From: an uncultured Spirochaetaceae bacterium
Lineage (GTDB): Bacteria > Spirochaetota > Spirochaetia > Sphaerochaetales > Sphaerochaetaceae
Reading direction: 5' to 3'
DNA: 38,869 bases
Assembly: GCA_964527335.1 (NCBI GenBank)
Contig: CAZGNN010000001.1
Span: 1-38,869 of the forward strand
Position 1 is the first letter of the stretch; each line of letters opens with the position of its first letter. The translations under genes and the position numbers were made by a program. The notes below the pieces were generated by a model. It did not search any database and was not told the origin of the DNA. It saw only the letters and a program-made list of their open reading frames with translations. This document shows positions 16,917-25,778 of the stretch, piece after piece.

Positions 16917-19043
16917 ATGAAAATCACAATGGCCACTCCGGATACCGATTACATCCAGAGCATCACAGAGAAGTTCTCGCTTCCCGTCCTCACTGCCTCC
17001 GTCATGAGCAGAAGGGGAATAAGGGAGGAGGACGTGAAGTACTACCTCGAGGAGGACATCGTCTACCAGCACAGCCCGTTCACTGTCGATGACGTCTACT
17101 CCGCCATCGAACGCATCGAGGATGCACTCGACACCACCGACGGTAAGGAGCAGGAGAAGATCCTCATCTTCGGCGACAGGGACGTCGACGGAATAACATC
17201 GACTGCAATCATGTACAAGGTCCTGAAGAAGCTCGGGGCGAGCTGTGTCTCGACACGTCTTCCGCACGGCGACGAGGGGTACGGCCTCAGCGATGCACTT
17301 GTCGACGAGATAATCGACGGGGGCTGGACCCTCCTCATCACTGTCGACAACGGCATAAGCGCCGTTGACGAGATAAAGAAGCTCGAGAAGAACGGCGTGG
17401 ATGTAATCGTACTCGACCATCACCTTGCACAGGATATGCTTCCTCCCGCGGTTGCTGTCTTCGACCCGAAGGTCGAGGGCTCGGGCTATCCTTTCTCCGG
17501 CCTCGCGGGATGTGCGGTTGCCGCGAAGCTTGGGTGGGCGCTCTTCTTCTCGCGTACTCCTCTCTTCAATTCCTCGGTAATTCTTCTCCATGCATCTCTC
17601 GGTAACGGGACTGTAAGCGTCAATGCCGTGAGACTCGAGAACCTTGTGGAGACGGGACGCTCGAGTGACGAATTCCTGATCGGCGAGAAGGGAAGCCTGT
17701 ACTCGTCTCCGCTTCTCGATTTCCTCTCCGGCGGTATTCCGATCGTCGTACTCGACAGGGACACTGAGCTTACACTCCTGAGGAAGGCATTCGGTAACGC
17801 TGTTGATATCTCCCTCGAGGAATTCAGACCGACACTGGAGAAAGTCATTCCGTCGGCAAGGGGAAAGTCGCTCTTCGAACTGGCAATGCGTTCACGCTCC
17901 GCCCTCTACTCTGAAGGGCCCAGGGAGATGGAGACTCTTGTCAGCCTCTTCAGAAGCGCATCAATCTATTCGTTTCCGGAACTCACGAAGAACTTCGAGG
18001 AAATCCAGACACTCGAGGCCATCGGTACGATAGCCGATCTCATGCCGATCACCGACGAGAACAGGCTCATCGTCAAGAAGGGCCTGAAGCTCCTTTCGAC
18101 GCGTCCGCCTGAGACCCTTTCGTACCTTCTCTCGAAGCAGGGGCTCATCGGACACCCCATCACGGCATCAAATGTATCCTTCAAGATAGCTCCGGTTCTT
18201 AACGCATCGGGAAGAATGGGGGAGCCCGAGACTGCACTGTCGCTGCTTCTTGCTTCGTCGTACGCCGAGATAGAGTCCCTTACGGACAAGCTTCTCTCTC
18301 TCAATTCCGAGCGTCAGAAGAACGAGGAGGAGGTACTCGGGGCCGTGACTCCTCTTGCACTCGAGTCATACGAGAAGACGAACGGGAGATTCATAATCGT
18401 CTATGACGAGTCAATCCCGCGGGGCCTTACGGGCTCGATAGCGAGCAGACTCTGCAACGAGAAGAGCGTACCGGCCCTGGTACTGGCCTCTTCTGACGGA
18501 GCGGTATTCGGCTCCCTCAGATGCTTCGACCCGTGGAATGCGAAGGATCTTCTTTCCTCCTTCTCCTTCCTCTTCGAGGATTACGGGGGACACAGGGCAG
18601 CGGCCGGACTGAGGATGGCACCGGAGAACCGCGAGACATTCGTCGAATCGCTTTACTCCTACGTATCGACACTGGACGAGGAGGAGAAGGGGGAGAGCGA
18701 GGAGGAAGTTGACGCGGTACTGACGGAAGGAGACTACGAGAGCGACATCTGGAAGACACGTTCCGTCTTCGAGCCCTTCGGCCAGGAGAACGGGGAACTG
18801 AGGTTCTATGTCCCCAGGGCCATAGTGAGGGAGGCATACCACGTGGGAAACAGCGACAGGTACATGCGCCTCTCGCTCGAATGCGGCGGCTACATCTGGC
18901 CGGGTGTGTGGTGGAATGCAGACAAAAACACCGACCTTCACGCCGGGAGTATCGTCTCATTCATATTCTCTCCTGAGGTCAACTGGTGGAAGGGAGTCGG
19001 AAAGGAACAGTTCAACATCACCAGGATTGAGGTAATCAAATAG
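16917..19043 (+). CDS. recJ: single-stranded-DNA-specific exonuclease RecJ
   Basis: 708 aa. DHH-family motifs FGDRDVDGITS, ITVDNGI and VLDHHL; DHHA1-like GGHRAAAG; long C-terminal domain. Confidence 0.93.
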   Translation: MKITMATPDTDYIQSITEKFSLPVLTASVMSRRGIREEDVKYYLEEDIVYQHSPFTVDDVYSAIERIEDALDTTDGKEQEKILIFGDRDVDGITSTAIMYKVLKKLGASCVSTRLPHGDEGYGLSDALVDEIIDGGWTLLITVDNGISAVDEIKKLEKNGVDVIVLDHHLAQDMLPPAVAVFDPKVEGSGYPFSGLAGCAVAAKLGWALFFSRTPLFNSSVILLHASLGNGTVSVNAVRLENLVETGRSSDEFLIGEKGSLYSSPLLDFLSGGIPIVVLDRDTELTLLRKAFGNAVDISLEEFRPTLEKVIPSARGKSLFELAMRSRSALYSEGPREMETLVSLFRSASIYSFPELTKNFEEIQTLEAIGTIADLMPITDENRLIVKKGLKLLSTRPPETLSYLLSKQGLIGHPITASNVSFKIAPVLNASGRMGEPETALSLLLASSYAEIESLTDKLLSLNSERQKNEEEVLGAVTPLALESYEKTNGRFIIVYDESIPRGLTGSIASRLCNEKSVPALVLASSDGAVFGSLRCFDPWNAKDLLSSFSFLFEDYGGHRAAAGLRMAPENRETFVESLYSYVSTLDEEEKGESEEEVDAVLTEGDYESDIWKTRSVFEPFGQENGELRFYVPRAIVREAYHVGNSDRYMRLSLECGGYIWPGVWWNADKNTDLHAGSIVSFIFSPEVNWWKGVGKEQFNITRIEVIK

Positions 19044-19113
19044 GGAAAAGATTAGTACAAACGCAATTTTTTCAGTGAAAATAACGCATTTCATATTTTT
19101 TTGAATAAATAAT

Positions 19114-19142
19114 TTGACAGTTCACAATCTTAATGGGATACT
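19114..19142 (+). promoter_or_regulatory. sigma-70 promoter of the serA-like/lrp unit
   Basis: Perfect TTGACA (19114-19119), a 17-nt spacer, then GATACT (19137-19142). An AT-rich UP-like stretch lies upstream. AAAGGAG SD precedes ATG 19183. Confidence 0.55.
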
Positions 19143-19182
19143 AGTCAACAGTTATCCATCAAACGAAAGGAGTTAATATAAA

Positions 19183-20067
19183 ATGATTATTCTCATTGCA
19201 GATGCATTTGACAAATCTCTTCCTGAAAAGCTCAGTGTTTTCGGTGAAGTAACAACAGACATCGAGAGACTTCCGGAAGCTGACGTCGTTCTCATCAGAA
19301 GCAAGACAAAGGCTACGAAGGAATACATCGACAGAGCAAAGAACATGAAGCTCATCATCCGCGGCGGTGTCGGTATGGACAACATCGACATTCCTTACTG
19401 CAAGGAAAAGGGAATCGTCGCAACGAACACACCCAAGTCATCGGCCATTGCAGTCGCGGAACTCGCATTCTGCCTCATGCTCAGCACTCCGAACAATCTC
19501 TGCTTCTATGATTCCACAATGAAGAACGGCGAATGGGCAAAGAAGACAAAGAGACACGAACTCTACGGAAAGACACTCTGCCTCCTCGGCATCGGCAACA
19601 TCGCAAGAAAGGTTGCTGAAAGAGCACATGCATTCGGCATGAAGGTCGTCGCCTACGACAAGTACGTCGCTCAGTCCGACCTGGCTGAAATGATGAGCCT
19701 CGAAGATGCTGTAAAGGATGCAGATTACATCTCCATGCACCTTCCTCTCACACCCGAGACAGAGAAGATGGTCAACAGGGACCTCATCGCGAAGATGACA
19801 AGAAAGCCTGTCATCATCAACACCGGCCGCGGCAAGTGTGTCGATGAAGAGGCTGTTGCCGAAGCTCTCCAGAACGGTGACCTTTCATGGTTCTGCACGG
19901 ACGTCTACTCATCGGAGCCTCCTTTCGAGGCAGGCAGCCCGCTCTTTGCATGCAAGAACGTCACGTTCACACCGCATGTCGGCGCAAACAGCGAAGAGAA
20001 CCTTCTGAGAATCGGCGAAGAGACATTCGCAACAATCGAGAAATACCACAAGGAAGGTCTTGTTTAA
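19183..20067 (+). CDS. D-isomer-specific 2-hydroxyacid dehydrogenase, short (no ACT domain) D-3-phosphoglycerate dehydrogenase-like
   Basis: 294 aa. NAD motif LLGIGNIARKVA and catalytic-region motifs NTGRGKCVDE and FTPHVGA. Its size matches short type-III PGDH-like enzymes. Substrate is unverified. Confidence 0.8.
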   Translation: MIILIADAFDKSLPEKLSVFGEVTTDIERLPEADVVLIRSKTKATKEYIDRAKNMKLIIRGGVGMDNIDIPYCKEKGIVATNTPKSSAIAVAELAFCLMLSTPNNLCFYDSTMKNGEWAKKTKRHELYGKTLCLLGIGNIARKVAERAHAFGMKVVAYDKYVAQSDLAEMMSLEDAVKDADYISMHLPLTPETEKMVNRDLIAKMTRKPVIINTGRGKCVDEEAVAEALQNGDLSWFCTDVYSSEPPFEAGSPLFACKNVTFTPHVGANSEENLLRIGEETFATIEKYHKEGLV

Positions 20068-20086
20068 GGAATAAAGCGGGGGAGCT

Positions 20087-20542
20087 ATGGTAAAGAGAAT
20101 CGACGATACAAACAAGGCTATTATAAGACTTCTGCAGGACGGAAGACGCCCGTACTCCGTAATCGCGGATGAACTCGGCATCACCGAAAACACCGTCAGA
20201 AGCAGGGCTAACAAGCTTCTCGAGGATGGCGTGCTGAAGATTACGGGAATGGTCGATCCCGAATATGTCCCCGGTCTCCAGGTCATCTACATGGGCATAA
20301 AGCTCTCGACAATGGAGCTTGCAAAGAAGGCGGAAGAGTTCATGACTCTCCGTGGTGTCGTCTCCGTTGCCGTAGTCACAGGCCGCTATGACCTTATAGT
20401 GAAGCTCGTGCTGAGCGAAGAGGAGGATCTTTCACTCCTGAACTTCTTCTCCAACGAGCTCACGAAGATTTCTTCTGTACTGGATGTCGAGACATATGTA
20501 GTCTATCAGTCACATAATCTCCTCGTTCCGTACATTCTGTAG
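20087..20542 (+). CDS. Lrp/AsnC family transcriptional regulator
   Basis: 151 aa. N-terminal HTH IDDTNKAIIRLLQDGRRPYSVIADELGITENTVRSRANKLLEDGVL plus a C-terminal RAM/AsnC_trans_reg-sized domain. Confidence 0.88.
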   Translation: MVKRIDDTNKAIIRLLQDGRRPYSVIADELGITENTVRSRANKLLEDGVLKITGMVDPEYVPGLQVIYMGIKLSTMELAKKAEEFMTLRGVVSVAVVTGRYDLIVKLVLSEEEDLSLLNFFSNELTKISSVLDVETYVVYQSHNLLVPYIL

Positions 20543-20558
20543 AATCTGATCACTCACT

Positions 20559-20593
20559 TTCCCCTCTGTTTTTCCTCGGAGGGGAATTTTCTT
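20559..20593 (+). terminator. candidate terminator after lrp
   Basis: TTCCCCTC (20559-20566) pairs with GAGGGGAA (20579-20586) across a 12-nt loop, followed by TTTTCTT. Confidence 0.5.
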
Positions 20594-20620
20594 GTCCCTG
20601 TTCCCCGTATTATATATAAT
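20592..20620 (+). promoter_or_regulatory. candidate promoter of the acyltransferase gene
   Basis: TTGTCC (20592-20597), a 17-nt spacer, then a perfect TATAAT (20615-20620). GAGGA at 20637-20641 lies 7 nt before ATG 20649. Confidence 0.5.
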
Positions 20621-20648
20621 TGCACTTATCATATTTGAGGAACTAACA

Positions 20649-21785
20649 ATGAACAGAGATTCGTTTAAAGATATACAGCCGTATTTCGGCAAGGACTTCG
20701 ATGACGCCATAGCGCGTCTTTCATCGAAGAGGGAGTACATCGGAGCATTCGCATGCATGATGGCGGGAAATGACCTCAGTGCCATTTCCTCAGTCGTCAG
20801 TGACATAACATCGAAGCTCGGGGGAGTCCACTCCTACGACGAGTTCCAGCATGTCATAACGGCAGGTTATTTCATCCCGACAGTGGTGAAGAACACTATG
20901 ACAAACTTCACGGTATCTGGAGGGGAGAACCTCGATCCGGAGAAAGGCTACCTCTTCATTTCCAACCACAGGGACATCATCCTCGACTGCATGCTTCTCG
21001 ATTATGCGCTGCTTCTCGAAAACAAGCCCTTATGCGAGATGGCTGTCGGCGACAACCTCATGGTGAACCAGTTCGTCGAGGACCTCTTCCGTGTGAACGG
21101 GGGAATAATCGTTAAGAGGAATCTTCCGATGAGGGAGAAGTTCCTCGCATCCCTCGAACTCTCGCAGTACTTCGTCGAGACGGTCACAGAGGAGCACAAG
21201 TCAATCTGGGTTGCCCAGAAGAGCGGAAGAAGCAAGGACGGAATCGACCTCACGCACCCTGTAATCATCAAGATGCTCTATCTCTCGAAGCGTGAGAGCG
21301 GCGTAAGCTTTGCCGACCTCATACGAGAGTGCAACATCGTACCTGTCGCCATCAGCTACCAGTTCGACCCTAACGACATCAACAAGGGCAGGGAGGAGAT
21401 CCAGAAGGAACAGAACGACGGCAAATACGAGAAGAAGAAGTACGAGGACCTTATCAGCATGGTCAAGGGCCTGAGGTGCCAGAAGGGAGATGTTCATATC
21501 TCGATAGGAGAACCCATAACAAAGGAGTGCAATACTCCCGAGGAGGTCGCCTCAGAGATAGACAGACAGATTCATCTCTCCTATAAGCTCTATGACACGA
21601 ACTACATGGCGTATGACTATCTCGAGAGCACAGACCGGTTCTCTTCGGAGTACAACCGCCTGAAGATGGATGCCTTCCTCTCACGTTTCAATCATCTTTC
21701 TCCCGATCTCAGAAGCTATGTCCTCAACACATACGCAAATCCCGTGAGGATGATGCTTAAGGAAAAAGAGCGTGAAGAAAAGTAA
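20649..21785 (+). CDS. PlsB/GPAT-like glycerolipid acyltransferase
   Basis: From ATG 20649 (378 aa). Four acyltransferase blocks: ISNHRDIILDCM, NGGIIVKR, AQKSGRSKDG and IVPVAISYQF. These resemble the GPAT/PlsB motif set (HxxxxD-like, GxxFIRR, EGGRSRxG, IxPVxIxY). The acyl acceptor is unknown. Confidence 0.8.
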   Translation: MNRDSFKDIQPYFGKDFDDAIARLSSKREYIGAFACMMAGNDLSAISSVVSDITSKLGGVHSYDEFQHVITAGYFIPTVVKNTMTNFTVSGGENLDPEKGYLFISNHRDIILDCMLLDYALLLENKPLCEMAVGDNLMVNQFVEDLFRVNGGIIVKRNLPMREKFLASLELSQYFVETVTEEHKSIWVAQKSGRSKDGIDLTHPVIIKMLYLSKRESGVSFADLIRECNIVPVAISYQFDPNDINKGREEIQKEQNDGKYEKKKYEDLISMVKGLRCQKGDVHISIGEPITKECNTPEEVASEIDRQIHLSYKLYDTNYMAYDYLESTDRFSSEYNRLKMDAFLSRFNHLSPDLRSYVLNTYANPVRMMLKEKEREEK

Positions 21786-22314
21786 GCTTCTTCTTATTCT
21801 CATCTTCTCCCTTGTCCTCCTTTCATGTTCGAAGGAGAGCTTCTCCGTCTCCTCGTCCATGCTCTACAGGAACATTTCGCTGACCGAGGAGGGGAGAAGA
21901 GAGAATGCCGTGCTGAAGCTTTCACTCTCGTCATCCGGAAGTGATGAAACGTACTCCTTCCTCCTTGTCTCTCCAGACGGAGACCTCAGGTGGGAGGGAA
22001 GCCTTACTCAGAGCGGTTCATTCTACACTTCAGATACTCTCGGAATAACGGATGGAGCCCGCTTTGAAGAGGGTGAGTACAGACTCTACATCTACTCGTC
22101 ATCGGGTTCCGAACTCGACAGGACGATTCCCCTGCAGAAGGAAGAGGGTGACTATACCTTCACCAATGCTTCCTCCAAGGATGATGCCGTCATTACGTAT
22201 TATGACCGCGAGGGATTCGAAATAAACGCGGACGGGGAAGCCGACTGGGCTCTCATCCGCTACAGCGACAGATATTCCAACCGTATAACCCTGCGCACCG
22301 AATTCAACGTCTAG
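21772..22314 (+). CDS. hypothetical lipoprotein
   Basis: GTG start overlapping the acyltransferase stop by 14 nt, with AAGGA upstream. MKKSKLLLILIFSLVLLSC carries a lipobox (LLSC). The mature part is beta-rich with no recognisable family. Confidence 0.6.
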   Translation: MKKSKLLLILIFSLVLLSCSKESFSVSSSMLYRNISLTEEGRRENAVLKLSLSSSGSDETYSFLLVSPDGDLRWEGSLTQSGSFYTSDTLGITDGARFEEGEYRLYIYSSSGSELDRTIPLQKEEGDYTFTNASSKDDAVITYYDREGFEINADGEADWALIRYSDRYSNRITLRTEFNV

Positions 22315-24194
22315 ACGGTGCGGCCGACCATCCTCATGAGGTTTTCCTTCGTAAGTCTTATGAGGAACGTGCGTCCGTGCGGACAGCAGGGTTCGTCCAT
22401 TTCGAATACCTTTTCGAGAATGCCGAGCGCAGTGTACCTGTCGACTTCGTCACCCATCTTTATCGCGGCCTTGCATGCCATCGTGGCAAAGAGGTTCTCC
22501 TCGAGTTCGTGTTCGTCTGACTTCGCGTTCACCACGAAGGATGTTATCTTGTCCTCGATTCCGCGGCATACTGCGGGTATTGCCGTTATTTCCCAGTTGC
22601 CCTTCGACACTCTCCCCAGCATTATGCCGAGCTTCGTGTAGATATGGCAGTGGTTCTCCAGATATTCGTCCGTGATGTCGTCGACTTCAAGTTTTATGGG
22701 AACGAGAAGGTTCTGGAGTGTCTTCTGCGATACTATCTCATCGTAGAGAATCCTCTCGTGAGCGGCATGCTGGTCAACAAGGTAGAGCACCCCGTTCCTC
22801 TCGCATATGAGAAAGAGCCTGAAAGCCTGGCCGATGTAGATTATCTCGTCCTTCCTGTCGTCCTCCGTCTCTTTCTTTTCTTCCTTAATTTTTGCTTCGC
22901 TTTCCCTTACCCTCTTGAGTTCCTTCGCCTTCTCGAGCCAGTCTCTGTCCCGGGGAACATACGGTGTGATTCTTTCGCTCACGCTGTCGGGTTCCACCTT
23001 TCTTTCAGCTCTTTCCGTGTATTTCTGCTCTACACTTTTCTCTTCCTTCCTTACACTTTCCGGATTCGTGGAAGGAGAGGGGGACGGAGCAGGGGAAGTG
23101 GACGGGGAGACAGAACCGAACGAGGATGTTTTCCTTCCGTTCTCCCACCTTCCGGCATTGTCGAAGAGGTAGAACTGGTTGTCGCTCCTGATTTCGGGAA
23201 TCTTTCTCTCGATTCCCTCCTTCAGCATTGAAGATACCGTATGGTGGACTTCTGGAAGGTTTCTCAGTTTCACTTCCTTCTTCGCCGGATGTATGTTGAA
23301 ATCCACAAGCTCGGGCTTGTCGTCGATGAAGACGCATGCATAGGGGAAGCTTCCTCCGGGGAGAAGTTCGCCGTAGCCGTAGATTACGGCCTGGACTATC
23401 GAGTATTCCTCGACGGGGCGTCCGTTGACGTAGACCCTGATTTCCTTCCTGTCTGAGCGTTTTACGGCACTTGATGTGGCAACGATTCTTACCCTGTATT
23501 CCTCTTCCTGTTTCTCGAGGTAATACACATCCGCATCTATGATGGAATACTCGCGGTAGAGCATCATCACCCTTTCCTTGAGTGTCTGTTCCTTCGGCCA
23601 CCTGAGTCTCAGGGCGCCGTCCATCGTCAGCGTGAAGCCTATATGGGGAAAGGCCAGTGCCTTCGATATGAAGAGATTACGGCACATTCCGCCTTCAGTG
23701 CTGCTGCGCTTTAAGAAGCTTCGTCTTGCCGGAATGTCGTAGAAGAGATTCTCGCTTGTGACTTCCGTTCCCTTCTCCGGACCGGAGGAGAGTACGGGAC
23801 CGCGTTTTCCGTTATCTATCGTGATGGTTGACTTTGTTCCCGTTTCTCCGTCGCATGTGGAGACAGTGAGAGTTGCGACTGCGCCGATTGAATAGAGTGC
23901 CTCTCCTCTGAATCCGAGAGTCTGTATTTTATATAAATCTTCCTCTGTCTTTATCTTGCTTGTCGCGTGAGGGGAAGCGATGACAGCGACGTCGTCACGC
24001 GCAATTCCGCTTCCGTTGTCCTTGACCTTTATCCTGTCAATACCGCCGCCGTCGACGGTGACCTGTATCTCATCGCCCTTTGCGTCGATTGCATTGTCGA
24101 GAAGTTCCCTCAGTATTGCCTGGGGGCGGTCTATGACCTCTCCCGCTGCTATACGGGAGGAGAGACGGGGCGGAAGGAGAGTTATGGCGCTCAT
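22311..24194 (-). CDS. mutL: DNA mismatch repair protein MutL
   Basis: 627 aa. GHKL ATPase N-terminus IAAGEVIDRPQAILRELLDNAIDA..DNGSGI. Low-complexity linker (SPSTSPAPSPSPSTNPES, Lys/Glu-rich). C-terminal dimerisation domain with DQHAAHERILYD. Confidence 0.95.
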   Translation of the reverse strand: MSAITLLPPRLSSRIAAGEVIDRPQAILRELLDNAIDAKGDEIQVTVDGGGIDRIKVKDNGSGIARDDVAVIASPHATSKIKTEEDLYKIQTLGFRGEALYSIGAVATLTVSTCDGETGTKSTITIDNGKRGPVLSSGPEKGTEVTSENLFYDIPARRSFLKRSSTEGGMCRNLFISKALAFPHIGFTLTMDGALRLRWPKEQTLKERVMMLYREYSIIDADVYYLEKQEEEYRVRIVATSSAVKRSDRKEIRVYVNGRPVEEYSIVQAVIYGYGELLPGGSFPYACVFIDDKPELVDFNIHPAKKEVKLRNLPEVHHTVSSMLKEGIERKIPEIRSDNQFYLFDNAGRWENGRKTSSFGSVSPSTSPAPSPSPSTNPESVRKEEKSVEQKYTERAERKVEPDSVSERITPYVPRDRDWLEKAKELKRVRESEAKIKEEKKETEDDRKDEIIYIGQAFRLFLICERNGVLYLVDQHAAHERILYDEIVSQKTLQNLLVPIKLEVDDITDEYLENHCHIYTKLGIMLGRVSKGNWEITAIPAVCRGIEDKITSFVVNAKSDEHELEENLFATMACKAAIKMGDEVDRYTALGILEKVFEMDEPCCPHGRTFLIRLTKENLMRMVGRTV

Positions 24195-24997
24195 CAGTTA
24201 CCGCTCTCGTCCTCTATGTCGACGAGTGTCTGTGTGACTTTGATTGACGGCGTCTTCTCTTCCGTAAGTGCACTCTCCTTCACTTCAACGAGAGGCTCTT
24301 CGGGCGCTGTGAGTGTTCTTTCGGCCTGGGTAATCACAGGTTCTGACGGAGTATTCACCTCTTCTTCGATGTTTACGAATACCGGTGCAGCGGGAACCCT
24401 TACCGTTTCGGTAACGGGAGCAGCAGATTCTTCATTTGTCACTTCCTTTACCGGAGTTTCTTCAGCTCTGAGAGGCTTGTTTAGAATGGCGTTGAGGCCT
24501 TCTCCTGCCTTTATTGTCGTGTATGTGTTCCTCAGGGAATCGTATGATGTGATATCCCTGTCGGAATGGTTGAAGATGTATTCCTCGTTCTCGGTGCTCA
24601 TGACGTAGTAGTCACCGCTTCCTTCGGCCTCTGTGAGCGTCGTCGGAGTGTAGATCCTGACGCTTCTGTCTGCCGTCGTGCATACTGCGCCTTCTCCCGT
24701 GACGACATAGAGTGTGAACGTCTTTCCGTCGTCAGTGAGGGTTGCTATGGTGTCCTTTCCGATGAGGACTTTTATACCGTCGCCTTCAGCCGTAATCTTC
24801 TCGTCCCCGGCCATGACGACGAGTCCTTTTTCATCTATTTCGACTTCCGTCTTCCGTATTGTCCTTCCGTTACCCGCGACAAGTGTGCCGTTTCCCGAAA
24901 AGGAAAGGGCAGTGGACGCAAAGGAAGCGGAAACAATCATCAAAAACAGAACAAGTGAGGCTGTAATCTTCTTCATACCCGGGATTTTAGCACACAT
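24194..24997 (-). CDS. secreted FecR-like beta-rich protein with a Pro/Glu/Thr/Val-rich tail
   Basis: ATG 24997 has GGAGGA 8 nt upstream (25006-25011 on +). Signal peptide: MCAKIPGMKKITASLVLFLMIVSASFAS. The middle (GTLVAGNGRTIRKTEVEIDEKGLVVMAGDEKITAEGDGIKVLIGKDTIATLTDDGKTFTL) resembles FecR-type beta domains. The last ~90 aa are low-complexity (PVKEVTNEESAAPVTETVRVPAAPV...). The stop shares 1 nt with the mutL start. Confidence 0.5.
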   Translation of the reverse strand: MCAKIPGMKKITASLVLFLMIVSASFASTALSFSGNGTLVAGNGRTIRKTEVEIDEKGLVVMAGDEKITAEGDGIKVLIGKDTIATLTDDGKTFTLYVVTGEGAVCTTADRSVRIYTPTTLTEAEGSGDYYVMSTENEEYIFNHSDRDITSYDSLRNTYTTIKAGEGLNAILNKPLRAEETPVKEVTNEESAAPVTETVRVPAAPVFVNIEEEVNTPSEPVITQAERTLTAPEEPLVEVKESALTEEKTPSIKVTQTLVDIEDESGN

Positions 24998-25016
24998 GCC
25001 CCTTTTCCTCCATATT

Positions 25017-25778
25017 TCACTTATTCTTAAGGGATGAAAAATCATGGGCGTTGTAGATATGCTCCCTTGTGAGTCTGTCTATATGACAGAGTTCAGAGAC
25101 AATGGGCTTGAGCCTTGCCCTGACGTTCGTCTGGTCATAGGGGCAGACAGGCTTTATTACCGGGATATCGTAGGCTGAAGCTATTCTCTTCGTCACGTTC
25201 TCCTTCGTCTCGATGAGCGGCCTTATGATTTCTATCTTCCCTTCGAAGAAGTCCATCTTCGGCTTCATCGTCGAGAAGTCCGCACGGAAACAGAGGTTCA
25301 TGAGCGTCGTCTCCACGAGGTCGTCGAGGTGATGGCCGAGTGCTATGCGCCTTATATCGTGCTCTTCGGCCCACGAGAAAAGGAGCCGGCGTCTGTTACG
25401 TGCGCAGAGATAGCAGTTGAAGTCGTCTTTGAACGACGTGGGGAACTGCGTCTCGTCGAGTATCGTAAGGGGGATTTCAAGGTCGTCGAAGTAGACTCTT
25501 ATCTTCTCCCTGTACGCCGGGTCGATGGGATGCTCAAGCCAGTCTATCATGACGGCTTCGAGAAAATACGGACTTTTGAGCCAGCGTCGCCTGAGAGACA
25601 GGGCGAGTGCGAGCGAGAGCGAGTCCTTTCCTCCCGATGCTCCGATGAGAATCCTTTCTCCTTCGTCTATCATGGAGTAGGTGCCGACTGTCTTTCCCAC
25701 GCCCTTGACGAATCTCATGATCCAGGGAGGAATGTCACCGTTGATGAGGTCTCTGTAGCTTCTTCTCTCTTCATTCAT
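25017..25778 (-). CDS. TtcA-like PP-loop ATPase (tRNA thiolation family)
   Basis: PP-loop GASGGKDSLSL, CxxC-type motif NCYLCARNRR, and a later CPYD. About 253 aa from ATG 25778, which forms an ATGA overlap with the upstream stop. Confidence 0.85.
   Translation of the reverse strand: MNEERRSYRDLINGDIPPWIMRFVKGVGKTVGTYSMIDEGERILIGASGGKDSLSLALALSLRRRWLKSPYFLEAVMIDWLEHPIDPAYREKIRVYFDDLEIPLTILDETQFPTSFKDDFNCYLCARNRRRLLFSWAEEHDIRRIALGHHLDDLVETTLMNLCFRADFSTMKPKMDFFEGKIEIIRPLIETKENVTKRIASAYDIPVIKPVCPYDQTNVRARLKPIVSELCHIDRLTREHIYNAHDFSSLKNK

Noticed and set aside
16893-17591. 232-aa minus-strand ORF antisense to recJ. Analogous cases: 18411-18941 (-), 37018-37740 (-) in rarA, 28327-28884 (+) in pepF, and 22644-23231 / 23967-24608 (+) in mutL.
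   Set aside because: Shadow ORFs with no independent signals. The overlapping sense genes are securely identified.
22860-23130. Pyrimidine-rich, repetitive-looking DNA (tcttttcttcc..., ggagagggggacgg...) that might suggest a tandem repeat or CRISPR-like array.
   Set aside because: It is the in-frame coding sequence of the MutL inter-domain linker (Lys/Glu-rich and SPSTSPAPSPSPS). There are no regular repeat/spacer units. I saw no CRISPR array anywhere in the window.
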